From: a plasmid
Strand: one strand, 5' to 3'
Sequence record: CP071152.1
DNA: 64,000 bases
Shown: positions 17,822-30,280 of the stretch, in pieces
Numbering within the stretch: the stretch's first letter is position 1
Layout of the letters: each line of letters begins with the position of its first letter
Position numbers and translations under genes: made by a program
Notes under the pieces: model-generated
The model's database searches: none
What the model saw: the letters and a program-made list of their open reading frames with translations, nothing else
Told to the model about the DNA's origin: nothing

Positions 17822-19145
17822 GCAGATGCCCCGTAAACCCTCGCCGGGCGGGGATATAAGGGGAGCGAATCAAGTCTTGTCTTGAAAAGTTAGTTGATAC
17901 TGTATATCTTTACAGTATCGCGTTTGAGTTTTGACTGTGAAAAGAGCCACTAAGGTACGCATCTACCCCACCGACGAACAAGCGGCATTCCTCAATGCCC
18001 AGTTCGGCGCAGTGCGGTTCGCGTACAACAAGGCCCTTCAACTCAAACGCCACATGTATCAACGTCATGGCGTATCGCTTTCGCCAAAGCGTGACCTGAA
18101 ACCCCTGCTTGCAGTAGCGAAAAGGTCGCGCAAATACGGCTGGCTGAAAGAGTACGATTCGCAAGCCTTGCAGCAGGCGGTGATCAATCTGGATAAGGCA
18201 TTCGCCAACTTCTTCAATCCCAAGCTCAAGGCTCAAATGCCCACCTTCAAGAGCAAGCGGGGCAGACAATCAAGCTATCACCCCAACGGGAAAGTGCTGG
18301 CTGAGGCCATCCAATTGCCGAAGATGACGCCTATCAAGGCAGTCATTCATCGTGACATTGTTGGCGTAGTGTCCAGCATTACGGTCAGTCGCGGCCCGAC
18401 AGGCAAATATTATGCTTCCATCCTCTGCGAGGATGGCTGCGAGGCACCGACCAAGCCTACGTTCATCACGAATGTGACCGGCTGCGATATGGGACTATCC
18501 CACTACCTCATCCAGTCCAGCGGCAAGAAGATTGCCAACCCGCGCCACCTGCTCAATGCCAGCCGGAACTTGCGGCGCAAACAAAAGGCGTTGGCTCGCA
18601 AGAAATGGGGTAGTGCCAACCGCAGTAAAGCAAGGCGGCAACTGGCAGCCCTGCACGAGCGGGTAGCCAATGCCCGCGCCGATTTTCAGCACAAACTCTC
18701 TCGCACCTTGATTGGCGATAGCCAAGCGATCATCGTGGAGACCCTAAAATCAGCCAACATGATGAAAAACCATAAGCTGGCCCGCGCCATCGGTGATGCA
18801 GGCTGGCATGGTTTCATCATGAAGCTGGAATACAAAGCCACAGCAGCAGGAGTGCATCTGGTCAAAGTTGACCAGTGGTTCGCCAGCTCTAAAACATGCC
18901 ATTGTTGCGGCCACAAGCTGACTGAGTTGAAACTCAGTGAACGGAGTTGGCAGTGTCCTTCCTGTCTGGTTATCAATGACCGCGACCTCAATGCCGCGCT
19001 CAACATCAGACAGAAAGGCATTCTGGAATTAAAAGCGGCGGGACTCGTCGTTTCAGCCCATGGAGGCCAGCGTAAATCCGTCACAGCGACGGTAGCGGCC
19101 TAAGAAGTGGGAAGCCTCGCCGTTAGGGCGGGGAGCAGTCACCTT
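17822..19145 (+). mobile_element. tnpB-only IS200/IS605-family element (LE, tnpB, RE)
   Basis: LE 17822-17930 is the inverted copy of 16266-16307. The RE hairpin CCTCGCCGTTAGGGCGGGGA lies at about 19117-19137. Confidence 0.75.
17931..19103 (+). CDS. tnpB: IS605-family TnpB (RNA-guided endonuclease ancestor), apparently intact
   Basis: 390 aa with 'CHCCGHKLTELKLSERSWQCPSCLVINDRDLNAALNI'. The RuvC-like motifs are intact. Confidence 0.9.
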   Translation: MTVKRATKVRIYPTDEQAAFLNAQFGAVRFAYNKALQLKRHMYQRHGVSLSPKRDLKPLLAVAKRSRKYGWLKEYDSQALQQAVINLDKAFANFFNPKLKAQMPTFKSKRGRQSSYHPNGKVLAEAIQLPKMTPIKAVIHRDIVGVVSSITVSRGPTGKYYASILCEDGCEAPTKPTFITNVTGCDMGLSHYLIQSSGKKIANPRHLLNASRNLRRKQKALARKKWGSANRSKARRQLAALHERVANARADFQHKLSRTLIGDSQAIIVETLKSANMMKNHKLARAIGDAGWHGFIMKLEYKATAAGVHLVKVDQWFASSKTCHCCGHKLTELKLSERSWQCPSCLVINDRDLNAALNIRQKGILELKAAGLVVSAHGGQRKSVTATVAA

Positions 19146-19205
19146 TTGTGGCTCTATTGAAAATTGAGTATCGTGGCGTTTTGCCTTGAACAAGGAGTGT
19201 TCTTG

Positions 19206-20381
19206 ATGTCGTTGTCTCCCATGGATCTTGCTCAGCATTACCTTGTTGATGATATACCCGCTGCGATCTCGATTGGCGATCCGCTCCATAGTCTGCTTGA
19301 GGCCATTTTCAGGAACGAGCCGCTGTCTGCCAGCAGCTATGGCATTCTCGCCAGCCACGGCCTCAGCGCCTTGAGAGGCTTTACCGAAGGCAATATGACT
19401 CTCACTGAGTTCAGACGCATGTCAGGTGAGGAGCGGGCGCAGCGCAGTTTAGCGACAGGCTTTTATAAGGGGCGGAAGATTGTGCATTCCTACCGACCAA
19501 CAACCTCGATGCCTCCAGCGCCCCAGCGAGAGTCGGAGCAGGTGAAGAGGATGATGCTGTTGCATGAACAACAGCGGAAGCTCCCAGCGCATAACGTCGC
19601 AGCTAAGAAGGGTATTCAGGGGGCGCTGAAAGCCATTGAAGCGCGACTGAACGTTGAGCGGGTCAAGCGTGTGAACGACCCCGAGCAGATCGCTAGGGTG
19701 AAGAACCAGGCGCTCAGGGAGAAATACGCCGTCCTTGCCTTTGTCGAACCTGACCACTTCAAACCACTCATGGCCATCCTGGACAAACTGGATGCTGGCA
19801 CCAGGTTACTTGAGGCCGAGACGATCTGGCTCAAGAGTACGGGGCGCAAGTATGAGACCAAGGCGGTCGTTCACGCCCACAACCGGCTGGAAGCCGACCA
19901 TTGGCTTGCCGAATACCGTAACAGCAAAAACCCTTGGAGTGCGGTCAATGCCAGCGGCCATTTACGCAAATGCGCTGCATCTGGTGAGGCGATCACTCTG
20001 CTCGCTGCCATCCCGGCCAAGCGCCAGGAACAGCCCAAACTCAAGTCCGCCATTCTGACTACCCATGGTGGCGCATTGCGTGACCAAGGCAATAGGACTG
20101 ATGCCATGGCCATGGGAGAGGAAGCACACCGCCTTCAACCCAAGAATTTCAGGCCATGCACACTCCTTGGCGCGGTCTGTATGGAGCTGGGCATGATCGT
20201 TGAAGGCCATGAGTGGTACGGCAAGGCAGAAGTCAGAGGCGCTAGCCGTGACAGCATAGAGGCCGATGTCCGGTCACTGCTGACCCGCATGACTGCCGAG
20301 AGGCGCGATTCGGTCGTTGCGGAGCTGCTGCGGATTGATCCAGCGCAATATCGGTGGCTTCGCAAACTGAGAACGGCTTAA
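19206..20381 (+). CDS. Hypothetical 391-aa protein
   Basis: AAGGAG lies 9 nt upstream of the ATG at 19206. No recognisable domain. Confidence 0.45.
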   Translation: MSLSPMDLAQHYLVDDIPAAISIGDPLHSLLEAIFRNEPLSASSYGILASHGLSALRGFTEGNMTLTEFRRMSGEERAQRSLATGFYKGRKIVHSYRPTTSMPPAPQRESEQVKRMMLLHEQQRKLPAHNVAAKKGIQGALKAIEARLNVERVKRVNDPEQIARVKNQALREKYAVLAFVEPDHFKPLMAILDKLDAGTRLLEAETIWLKSTGRKYETKAVVHAHNRLEADHWLAEYRNSKNPWSAVNASGHLRKCAASGEAITLLAAIPAKRQEQPKLKSAILTTHGGALRDQGNRTDAMAMGEEAHRLQPKNFRPCTLLGAVCMELGMIVEGHEWYGKAEVRGASRDSIEADVRSLLTRMTAERRDSVVAELLRIDPAQYRWLRKLRTA

Positions 20382-20682
20382 CGTTCATCAGGGACAGCGA
20401 GCCCGGTTGTCCTCGAAGGACATCGCAATAATATGCCATCTTGCTTGTGTCACCCTGCGGGGGTCTTCACTGTCACCTCCTGCTGCAACCCCGACCATCT
20501 GAGGGTTTATTTCCCACTGCATCATTCTCTTTCGCTTCTTTTCGCTCTCTTCGTCTCTCTCTCACTGGGCCAGTTCACGCCCCCGAGGCTCAGCTGATGG
20601 GGTAGGGGAGGCGCACCGGTACCGAGGCGCTACCCAAGGACACCGCAACAGGCTATCATATTCGCAAATTGATTCATCAAAT

Positions 20683-20940
20683 GTGAGATATGACATGGAA
20701 GAGCTGAAAGCGAAATGGATCTTTGAGCAGGGTGGGTTCTCAAAGGCGATGATCGTGCCGACGCCGATGGGTCAGGGCTACCACCTGCACCTGGTTCAGT
20801 TCGGCAAACAGAGCGAAACCGTTGTCCTGGAACGACAACGCGGTGGCTGGCGTGTGTTCAAGAGCATCGACGCGGCGGCCAACACCGCAAACAACATTGG
20901 ATTTAGGCGGATAGAGGTCGATTTGTCGTCGATCCGCTGA
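20683..20940 (+). CDS. Small hypothetical protein
   Basis: An 85-aa ORF. Confidence 0.3.
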   Translation: MRYDMEELKAKWIFEQGGFSKAMIVPTPMGQGYHLHLVQFGKQSETVVLERQRGGWRVFKSIDAAANTANNIGFRRIEVDLSSIR

Positions 20941-21223
20941 TGTCCTCCATGGAAAGCGAAGGCCATTGCGGCAGAAAGACTGTAATAGGATAAAAACCTA
21001 TTAGCCGTCTCCTGAATGCTATTGCATTGGTGATCATGTCGAAACTACCGCATAGGTAGATCAGTCATACCCTCGCTACCGTGGGGCTGGCAGTTGGCAT
21101 TGGCCAAAAGTCGGTCGTGCTCACCGTAACGGACGGTCAGGGTGAAGGCCTGCGTGTAATTGGCAACTCGGCACCGAGGTCTACGGGTGAGCGTCGCCAC
21201 GGTGAAGAAGATAAAAAGAATAG

Positions 21224-21450
21224 GTTGAGATCCTATTAGACAAGGGTGGTACTGGGCACATCACCCCTCAGCCCAGCTGGGCCACAATCCGATGAGCTTG
21301 ATCTCCTCCGTGGACATTGGCTATAACTGCTATGATTTCGGTGATAGGTTAAGATCCTATTATTCATTACTCGCGATTCCGTTATTGACCTCCAAATAGC
21401 GGCACTTTCATTGACCACCCTCTAGCGGTACTCGAAATTGACCTCCATCT
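21224..21450. repeat. Direct repeats: T(G/A)AGATCCTATTA twice, and ATTGACC(T/A)CC(A/C) three times
   Basis: Read directly in the sequence, just outside the Tn IR. Iteron- or binding-site-like. Confidence 0.4.
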
Positions 21451-21889
21451 GGCATGACTATTACCAGCAGCACCGAAGCCTCTAGAGGTACCTGGTTGAG
21501 CAGTGCGAGCCCTTGTATGTGGTACCTGGGCACGAGCCCGAGTACGAGACCTACCAGCTTGTGGATGGGACAACCCGCGAGAGACTGCCAAAGTTCATTC
21601 ACTGGATAGGCCGATTCAAAGGGGATCATAGAGAGTATCAGGACCGCATGGCTGATCTGGAGGCGAGCTTCAAGCAGGCGATAGGCATCAAGTTCCGGCG
21701 ATACCCCATCAATTTACCGACACTTCACCACAACATCGAGCAGGTGAATATCAGCAGGCACCAGGCGTATCAGTCGACACAGGTGACCGGCCCACGCTTG
21801 GCCCTGGGCTCCCGTGATATGCCCAAGAACGCCATCAACCAGGAGTCGCTCAGGGAGGGGAGCCCGCAGAATTCGGAAAAAATCGTACG

Positions 21890-24855
21890 CTAAGGTTTTC
21901 CGGGCATCCGTAAGGGCCGAAACTTCCCGTCTTCCAGTCTGCGGCTCTGCCGCCAGACGTAATCGCCGGTTAGGTTGATGTGCTCCCAGCCCAGCGGCGA
22001 CAGGAATTGCAGCAGCTCGCCGTCCACCGGCTTGCCGGCCTCGACCAACCCCTGGGTGGCGCGTTCCAGGTACACCGTGTTCCACAGCACGATAGCCGCC
22101 GTCACCAGGTTGAGGCCGCTGGCCCGGTAGCGCTGCTGCTCGAAGCTCCGATCCTGATTTCCCCAAGGCGGTTGAAGAACACCGCCCTGGCCAGCGAGTT
22201 GCGCGCCTCACCTTTGTTCAGGCCGGCATGCACGCGGCGGCGCAGTTCAACACTTTGCAGCCAGTCCAGGATGAACAGCGTGCGCTCGATCCGGCCCAGC
22301 TCGCGCAGGGCCACGGCCAGTCCGTTCTGGCGCGGGTAGCTGCCGAGCTTGCGCAGCATCAGCGAGGCGGTGACGGTGCCCTGCTTGATCGAGCTGGCCA
22401 GGCGCAGGATGTCGTCCCAGTGGGCACGCACGTGCTTGATGTTCAGGGTGCCGCCGATCAGCGGGCGCAACGTCGGGTAGGCTTGCACGCCCTGCGGCAC
22501 GTACAGCTTGGTTTCGCCGAGGTCGCGGATGCGCGGCGCGAAGCGGAAGCCTAGCAGGTGCATCAGGGCAAAGACGTGATCGGTGAAGCCGGCCGTGTCG
22601 GTGTAGTGCTCCTCGATCCGCAGGTCGGACTCGTGGTACAGCAGGCCGTCGAGCACATAGGTGGAATCGCGGACGCCGACATTCACCACGCGGGTGCTGA
22701 ACGGCGCGTACTGGTCGGAGATATGGGTATAGAACAGCCGTCCCGGCTCGCTACCGTACTTCGGGTTGACGTGCCCGGTGCTCTCGCCCCGGCCACCCGC
22801 GCGGAAGCGCTGGCCATCGGAGGATGAGGTCGTGCCGTCGCCCCAGTGGGCGGCAAAGGCGTGGCGATACTGGTGGTTGACCAGCTCGGCCAAGGCCGCC
22901 GAATAGGTTTCGTCGCGGATGTGCCAGGCTTGCAGCCAGGACAGCTTGGCGTAGGTCAGGCCGGGGCTCGACTCGGCCATCTTGGTCAGCCCGAGGTTGA
23001 TCGCATCACCGAGGATTGCGGACAGCAGCAACGTCCTGTCTTTGGCCTCGGCCCCGTCCTTCAAGTGGGTGAAGTGGCGGCTGAAGCCCGTCCAGTCGTC
23101 CACGTCCATCAGCAGTTCGGTGATCTTGATGCGCGGCAGTAACTGGCTGGTTTGGTCGATCAGCGCCTGCGCCCGATCCGGCACCGCCGCATCCAGCGGG
23201 GTGATTTTCAGCCCTGACTCGGTGAGGATGGCATCGGGCAGCTCGTTGTCCTTGGCCAGGCGGGTGACGGTGGCCAACTGCTCGTCCAGCAGCTGCAAAC
23301 GCTCTTCCAGGTACTGGTCGCTGTTCGGGTTGATCGCCAGGGGCAGGGCCTGCTCGCGCTTGAGTGCGGCGAACTTCTCGGCCGGCAGCAGGTAGTCGTC
23401 GAAGTCGCGGAACTGCCGCGAGCCCTTGACCCAGATGTCGCCGGAGCGCAGGGCGTTCTTCAGCTCGGACAGGGCGCAGATTTCGTAGAAGCGCCGGTCG
23501 AGGCCTTCCGGGGTGATCACCAGTGGCTTCCAGCGCGGCTTGATGAAGGCGGTGGGAGCATCGGCCGGCACCTTGCGCAGGTTGTCGGCGTTCATCTCGC
23601 GCAGCGTCTGCACGGCTGCCAGCACGCCCTGCGCGGCCGGGGCGGCGCGCAGCTCCAATACCTCCAGCAGAGCCGGCGTGTAGCGGCGCAGGGTGGCGAA
23701 GTTCTCGCCGACTAGGTGCAGGTGGTCGAAGCCCTCCGGCCGGGCCAGCAGCTCGGCTTCGCTGACGCTCTCGGTGAACTCGTCCCAGGGAATCACCGCC
23801 TCGATGGCGGCATAGGGGTCGCTGCCGGCTTCCTTGGCCTCCAGCAGCGCCTGGCCGATCTTGGAGTACAGGCGCACCTTGTCGTTGATCGCCTTGCCCT
23901 GCTTCTGGAACTGCTGCTGATGCTTGTGCTTCGCGCCGCTGAACAGCTTGACTAGGATGCGGTCGTGCAGATCCACCAGCTCATCAATCACGGTTGCAGT
24001 GCTCTCCAGCACCACGGCGGCCAGGGTCGCATAGCGCCGCTGCGGCTCGAACTTGCCGAGGTCTTTGGGCGTCATCTGCCCACCCTCGCGGGCCAGCTTG
24101 AGCAGGCGGTTCTGGTGGATGTGCCGGCCCAGGACTTCGGGCAAGTCCACCAGCTGAAATGTCTTCAGCCGCTCGATGTGCTCAAGCATGTGCCGAGAGT
24201 TGGGTTTCAGCGGTGCCTGGCGCAGCCAGGTCAACCAGGTGATGCTGCTGCCGGCCTTGAGCTTCAACAGCTCGTCTAGCTTGGCCCGATGCGAGTCCGT
24301 GAGCGGTTCAACCAAGGCGCGGTAGACCCGCCGATTGGCCCGCGCAATGGCTTCCGAGCAGGCCCGGTCAATCACGCTCAGCGCCGGCAGGATGCGCCGC
24401 TTCTGCCGCAGGCTCTCCAGCGCCTGACCGGCCAGCAACAAGCTCTTGTCGGTCTGCTGGGCCAGTTCGGTCAACTCACGCACCAAGGCGCGGAAGTCGG
24501 ACAGGCCGAACGGGGCCAGTTGCAGGTAGGTGCGCAGCTCCAGGGCGTGCTCGCGACGGGTCACGTCGCGCTCGCCGTACTTTGCCCAGCTCGTCGGATC
24601 GGCCTGGATTTGCTTGGCCACCCACAGGATGACCGGCTCGGGCAGCTCGCTGTCAGTGCCCAGCGCGTAGCCGGGGTAGCGCAGCAGGCAGAGCTGCACG
24701 GCGAAGCCGAGGCGGTTGGCGTCGCCGCGCCGCTGACGGATCAGCGACAGGTCGGAGTCGTTGAAGGTGTAGTAGCGGATCAGGTCATCCTGGCTTTCTG
24801 GCAACGCGAGCAGGGTGCCCCGCTCCGTGGCCGAGAGGATCAAGCGACGCGGCAT
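21890..24855 (-). CDS. tnpA: Tn3-family (Tn21 group) transposase TnpA with a frameshift near its 3' end
   Basis: The N-terminus '[36 protein letters not shown]' matches the Tn21 TnpA start. The C-terminus '[24 protein letters not shown]...' is in a separate frame (ORF 21890..22105). Confidence 0.85.
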
Positions 24856-24858
24856 GTG

Positions 24859-25419
24859 TCAGTCGTCCGTGCGGAGGTACTGGTAGAGGGTTTCCCGGCT
24901 GATGTTGAACTCGCGGGCAAGCTGCGCCTTGGGCTCGCCGGCCGTCGCTCGCTGCCGCAGGGTAGCAGCCTGCTCATCGGACAGGGCTTTCTTGCGGCCC
25001 CGGTACGCGCCACGCTGCTTGGCCAAGGTGATGCCCTCACGCTGCCGCTCGCGGATCAGGGCGCGCTCGAACTCAGCGAAGGCCCCCATCACCGACAGCA
25101 TCAGGTTGGCCATCGGCGAGTCCTCGCCAGTGAACACCAGGCCCTCCTTCAGGAACTCGATGCGCACGCCGCGTTGAGTCAGCTTCTGTACCAAGCGACG
25201 CAGGTCATCGAGGTTGCGGGCCAGCCGGTCCATGCTGTGCACCACCACTGTATCGCCTTCGCGGACGAAGCTCAGCAGCGCTTCGAGCTGGGGGCGCTGG
25301 GTGTCCTTGCCCGATGCCTTGTCGGTGAACACCTTGCTCACCTTTGTCTGTTCCAGCTGGCGTTCCGGGTTCTGGTCGAAGCTGCTGACCCGGACGTAGC
25401 CGATGCGGTGCCCCTGCAC
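24859..25419 (-). CDS. tnpR: Tn21-family serine resolvase TnpR
   Basis: 186 aa. 'MQGHRIGYVRVSSFDQNPERQ' with the Ser10 catalytic motif. Confidence 0.95.
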   Translation of the reverse strand: MQGHRIGYVRVSSFDQNPERQLEQTKVSKVFTDKASGKDTQRPQLEALLSFVREGDTVVVHSMDRLARNLDDLRRLVQKLTQRGVRIEFLKEGLVFTGEDSPMANLMLSVMGAFAEFERALIRERQREGITLAKQRGAYRGRKKALSDEQAATLRQRATAGEPKAQLAREFNISRETLYQYLRTDD

Positions 25420-25594
25420 GATGTCTCCTTGGTTGAAGGCGGCTTAAGTGCTCCTTCTGTTCCGTTGTGCCTCAAACCCCGTTTCTGTCAGGCTGAAATC
25501 TATGACCTTCGCAGGCATGTGTCAAAAAATGCGAAAGATGACTCTATTCTGACGAAGCGGCGCGGCCCTGCCTGACATCCAGTTAGGGTATGCC
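25420..25594. promoter_or_regulatory. res site region of the Tn21-family transposon
   Basis: Positional call: the interval between tnpR and urf2. Confidence 0.5.
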
Positions 25595-26584
25595 TCAGTC
25601 TGACAGTGATGAGTCGCAGGCGTTCGGATCGGCATCGGTTTCGCTCCCGGTCTTGGCGCGCGCCTGGAAGCGCTGATAGCACTCCAGCCCGCAGAAGTGC
25701 TCGACGTATTCCGCGCCTTCCGGGGTGAAGGCGGCATCGAGCGGGATTTCCTTGCAGCACACGCAGCAACTGGTGGCAGTCGGATCATTTGCATTCATGG
25801 TGGCACCCCTCCATTGACTGACGAAGACGGCGAATGCCGCCGCCGGCATCGGCTTGGCGAACAGGAAGCCTTGTCCTGTGTCGCAGTCCGCTTGTCGCAA
25901 CAAATCAAGACTCGCCGATGTTTCCACGCCTTCGGCCACTACTTCCATGCCAAGCCCATGCGCAAGCTGAATCACGGTGCGCACGATGGTCTGGTCGCGG
26001 TGGTCGTTGGCGAGTCCGGCGACAAACGATTGGTCGATCTTGAGCGTGCTGATGGGGCAGCATTTCAGGTGTTGCAGGCAGGAATAGCCGGTGCCGAAGT
26101 CGTCGGCGGCGAAGCGCACACCGATCTGTCGCAAAGCTTCCAGGGCGGGGAAGATCGCCGGATCACCGAACGCAACCGATTCGGTCAGCTCAATTTCAAG
26201 ATACGCGGCGGGCAACCCGGCATCGGCCAGCACGCCCTTTACCCACTTGTCGAAATCTGGCCCCACTTGGCTCGCCGCAACATTGACGGCCAGCCGGAAC
26301 GGTTGCCATGCCAGCACCCGCCAGTCGCGCATTTGACGGCAGGCTGCGCCCAGCACCCATGCGCCGATTTCCGGCATCAGGCCGGACGATTCGATCACGG
26401 GCAGGAACTGGCCCGGCGGCAACAGTCCGAGCGTCGGATGACGCCAGCGCAACAGGGCTTCCGCGCCGACAATCTGCTCACTGCGCAAATCGACAATCGG
26501 CTGGTAGTGCAGCTCAAGCTGCCCGCGCTCGACCGCCTGCGCCAGTTGCGCCACTGTCCATTCAATTGGCTGGGAAGCGCTCAT
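25595..26584 (-). CDS. urf2: EAL-domain protein (urf2 of Tn21/Tn501)
   Basis: The EAL motif (EALLRW) and the '[10 protein letters not shown]'-type motif are present. The start ATG overlaps the merE stop. Confidence 0.85.
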   Translation of the reverse strand: MSASQPIEWTVAQLAQAVERGQLELHYQPIVDLRSEQIVGAEALLRWRHPTLGLLPPGQFLPVIESSGLMPEIGAWVLGAACRQMRDWRVLAWQPFRLAVNVAASQVGPDFDKWVKGVLADAGLPAAYLEIELTESVAFGDPAIFPALEALRQIGVRFAADDFGTGYSCLQHLKCCPISTLKIDQSFVAGLANDHRDQTIVRTVIQLAHGLGMEVVAEGVETSASLDLLRQADCDTGQGFLFAKPMPAAAFAVFVSQWRGATMNANDPTATSCCVCCKEIPLDAAFTPEGAEYVEHFCGLECYQRFQARAKTGSETDADPNACDSSLSD

Positions 26585-26817
26585 GATCGACCTCTGAAGG
26601 CCCGCAGCAGCCGCGTCACAGACAGGACAAACAAGCCGGTCAGCGTGAGGGCTGCAATACCCCAGTGCTCGCCGATGAACGCGCCGGCCGTCGTGCCGGC
26701 CAGCACAATGGCGAGAATCGGCAAATGACAGGGACAGGTGAGCACCGCCAGCGCACCCCACAGGTAGCCGGTGAACGGCTTGTGTGTCTCGGTCGGCAAG
26801 CGCTCGGGGCTGTTCAT
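26581..26817 (-). CDS. merE: MerE mercury transporter
   Basis: A 78-aa membrane protein with a CPC motif ('LTCPCHLP'). Confidence 0.9.
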   Translation of the reverse strand: MNSPERLPTETHKPFTGYLWGALAVLTCPCHLPILAIVLAGTTAGAFIGEHWGIAALTLTGLFVLSVTRLLRAFRGRS

Positions 26818-27179
26818 GGCAGACTCTCCGCTTGCTGGGCCGGCGCGGTCGGCATCGCGGCCAACTGCACTTCCAGATCGGCCAACGCTTCGCGTCGGCG
26901 TTCGACGAACTGACTCAGCACGGCAAGCTGTGCGGCTGTTTCATCGCAGTCCGCCGCATCCAGCGCCCGGCACAACCGCGCCAATGCGTCCAGGCCGATG
27001 CCCGCCTCAAAAGCGGCCCGCACAAAGCACAGCCGCTGCAAGGCGGCGTCATCGAACAAGCCGTAGCCGCCCGTGGTGCAGGCGACTGGCCGCAGCAATC
27101 CGCGCAGCAGGTAGTCGCGCACGATATGCACGCTCACCCCGGCCTCAAGGGCCAGTCGGGACACTGTGTAGGCGTTCAT
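26814..27179 (-). CDS. merD: MerD co-regulator
   Basis: 121 aa. MerR-like HTH '[23 protein letters not shown]'. Confidence 0.9.
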   Translation of the reverse strand: MNAYTVSRLALEAGVSVHIVRDYLLRGLLRPVACTTGGYGLFDDAALQRLCFVRAAFEAGIGLDALARLCRALDAADCDETAAQLAVLSQFVERRREALADLEVQLAAMPTAPAQQAESLP

Positions 27180-27196
27180 CGAACACCTCCTTTTCC

Positions 27197-28945
<1,749 letters not shown>

Positions 28946-28953
28946 TCAGTGCC

Positions 28954-29229
28954 TCACTTCTTGACGCTGGACGGATAGCCTGCGTCTTCGGTGGCCTTGG
29001 TCAGCTTCTGCACGCTGGTCTTGGCATCATCGAAGGTGACAACCGCTTCGCGTGTCTCGAAGGTCACGTTAACTTTGCTGACGCCTTCGACCTTGGAAAT
29101 CGCCTTCTTGACGGTGATCGGACAAGCGGAGCAGGTCATGCCCGGTACGGACAGCGTGACGGTCTGGGTGGCGGCCCACACGGGGGCAACAACGGCAGCG
29201 ATGGCGAGAGAGGCAAACAGTTTTTTCAT
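28954..29229 (-). CDS. merP: Periplasmic mercury-binding protein MerP
   Basis: 91 aa. A signal peptide followed by GMTCSACP. Confidence 0.95.
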   Translation of the reverse strand: MKKLFASLAIAAVVAPVWAATQTVTLSVPGMTCSACPITVKKAISKVEGVSKVNVTFETREAVVTFDDAKTSVQKLTKATEDAGYPSSVKK

Positions 29230-29244
29230 GATGAACTCCTGTGA

Positions 29245-29595
29245 TTAATAGAAAAATGGCATGACGTAGGGAAATCCGAGCGCGACCAGAACCAGCGCGG
29301 CCACGACCCAGAAAATGAGCTTGTAAGTAGCGCGCACTTGGGGAATCGCACACACATCCCCTGGTTTGCAGGCTTGCGCCGGTCGGTAGATGCGCCGCCA
29401 GGCGAAAAACAGCGCCACCAACGCCGCGCCGATGAAGATCGGGCGATAAGGTTCCAACACCGTCAAGTTGCCGATCCAAGCGCCGCTGAACCCCAGGGCG
29501 ATCAGAACCAGCGGCCCCAGGCAGCAAGCCGAGGCGAGGATGGCGGCTAGCCCGCCAGTGAAGAGCGCCCCGCGCCCGTTTTGAGGTTCAGACAT
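29245..29595 (-). CDS. merT: Mercuric transport protein MerT
   Basis: 116 aa with a CC pair in the first transmembrane segment. Confidence 0.95.
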   Translation of the reverse strand: MSEPQNGRGALFTGGLAAILASACCLGPLVLIALGFSGAWIGNLTVLEPYRPIFIGAALVALFFAWRRIYRPAQACKPGDVCAIPQVRATYKLIFWVVAALVLVALGFPYVMPFFY

Positions 29596-29619
29596 ACGCT
29601 TGTCCTTTCAAATCTGGAT

Positions 29620-29666
29620 TGGATAGCTTAAGCTTACTTCCGTACCAATGTACGGAGTCAAGCGAT
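29620..29666. promoter_or_regulatory. mer operator/promoter dyad TCCGTAC-N4-GTACGGA
   Basis: 'CTTCCGTACCAATGTACGGAGTC' at 29637-29659, between the divergent merT and merR. Confidence 0.8.
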
Positions 29667-30101
29667 ATGGAAAAAAATTTGGAGAATCTGACTATTGGCG
29701 TTTTCGCCAAGGCGGCCGGGGTCAACGTGGAAACAATCCGGTTCTATCAGCGCAAGGGCTTGTTGCCGGAGCCGGACAAGCCCTATGGCAGCATCCGCCG
29801 CTATGGCGAGGCGGATGTGACGCGGGTGCGCTTCGTGAAATCAGCCCAGCGGCTCGGATTCAGCCTCGACGAGATCGCAGAGCTGCTGAGGCTGGATGAC
29901 GGCACCCACTGCGAGGAAGCCAGCAGCCTGGCCGAGCACAAGCTTCAGGACGTGCGCGAAAAAATGACCGACCTGGCGCGCATGGAAACCGTGCTATCCG
30001 AACTTGTGTTCGCCTGCCATGCGCGGCAAGGGAACGTTTCTTGCCCGCTGATTGCTTCGCTGCAAGGGGAGAAAGAGCCGCGTGGTGCCGACGCGGTGTA
30101 G
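29667..30101 (+). CDS. merR: MerR mercury-responsive regulator
   Basis: 144 aa from '[33 protein letters not shown]'. Confidence 0.95.
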   Translation: MEKNLENLTIGVFAKAAGVNVETIRFYQRKGLLPEPDKPYGSIRRYGEADVTRVRFVKSAQRLGFSLDEIAELLRLDDGTHCEEASSLAEHKLQDVREKMTDLARMETVLSELVFACHARQGNVSCPLIASLQGEKEPRGADAV

Positions 30102-30205
30102 CCGAGGGTAGTTACGCCTTAGCGTGCTTTATTTTCCGTTTTCTGAGACGACCCCTATTTGTCCACCCTGTGGATGAATAGCTTTTTTTTTGGGAGGACA
30201 CTGTG

Positions 30206-30229
30206 ATGCTAGCTTTTGTTTTCACCTAA
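30206..30229 (+). other. Candidate 7-codon leader peptide ORF (MLAFVFT) upstream of msr(E)
   Basis: GGGAGGA lies 7 nt upstream of the ATG. The stop is 51 nt before msr(E). Leader-peptide attenuation is usual for ABC-F and erm genes. Confidence 0.4.
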
Positions 30230-30280
30230 ATCCTGTTTGCTGCATAAAAAATTTCAAGAGCTAAACAGGAGTAAATAAAA

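Noticed and set aside
22228-25575. Plus-strand ORFs (for example 24289..25575, 428 aa) across the Tn21-family tnpA and tnpR region
   Set aside because: They are antisense to clearly recognisable TnpA and TnpR and have Arg/Ala/Gly-rich low-complexity composition.
25697-26728. 343-aa plus-strand ORF overlapping urf2/merE, and other frames over merA (27506..28120, 28310..28873)
   Set aside because: They are antisense to canonical mer genes in a 65% GC region.
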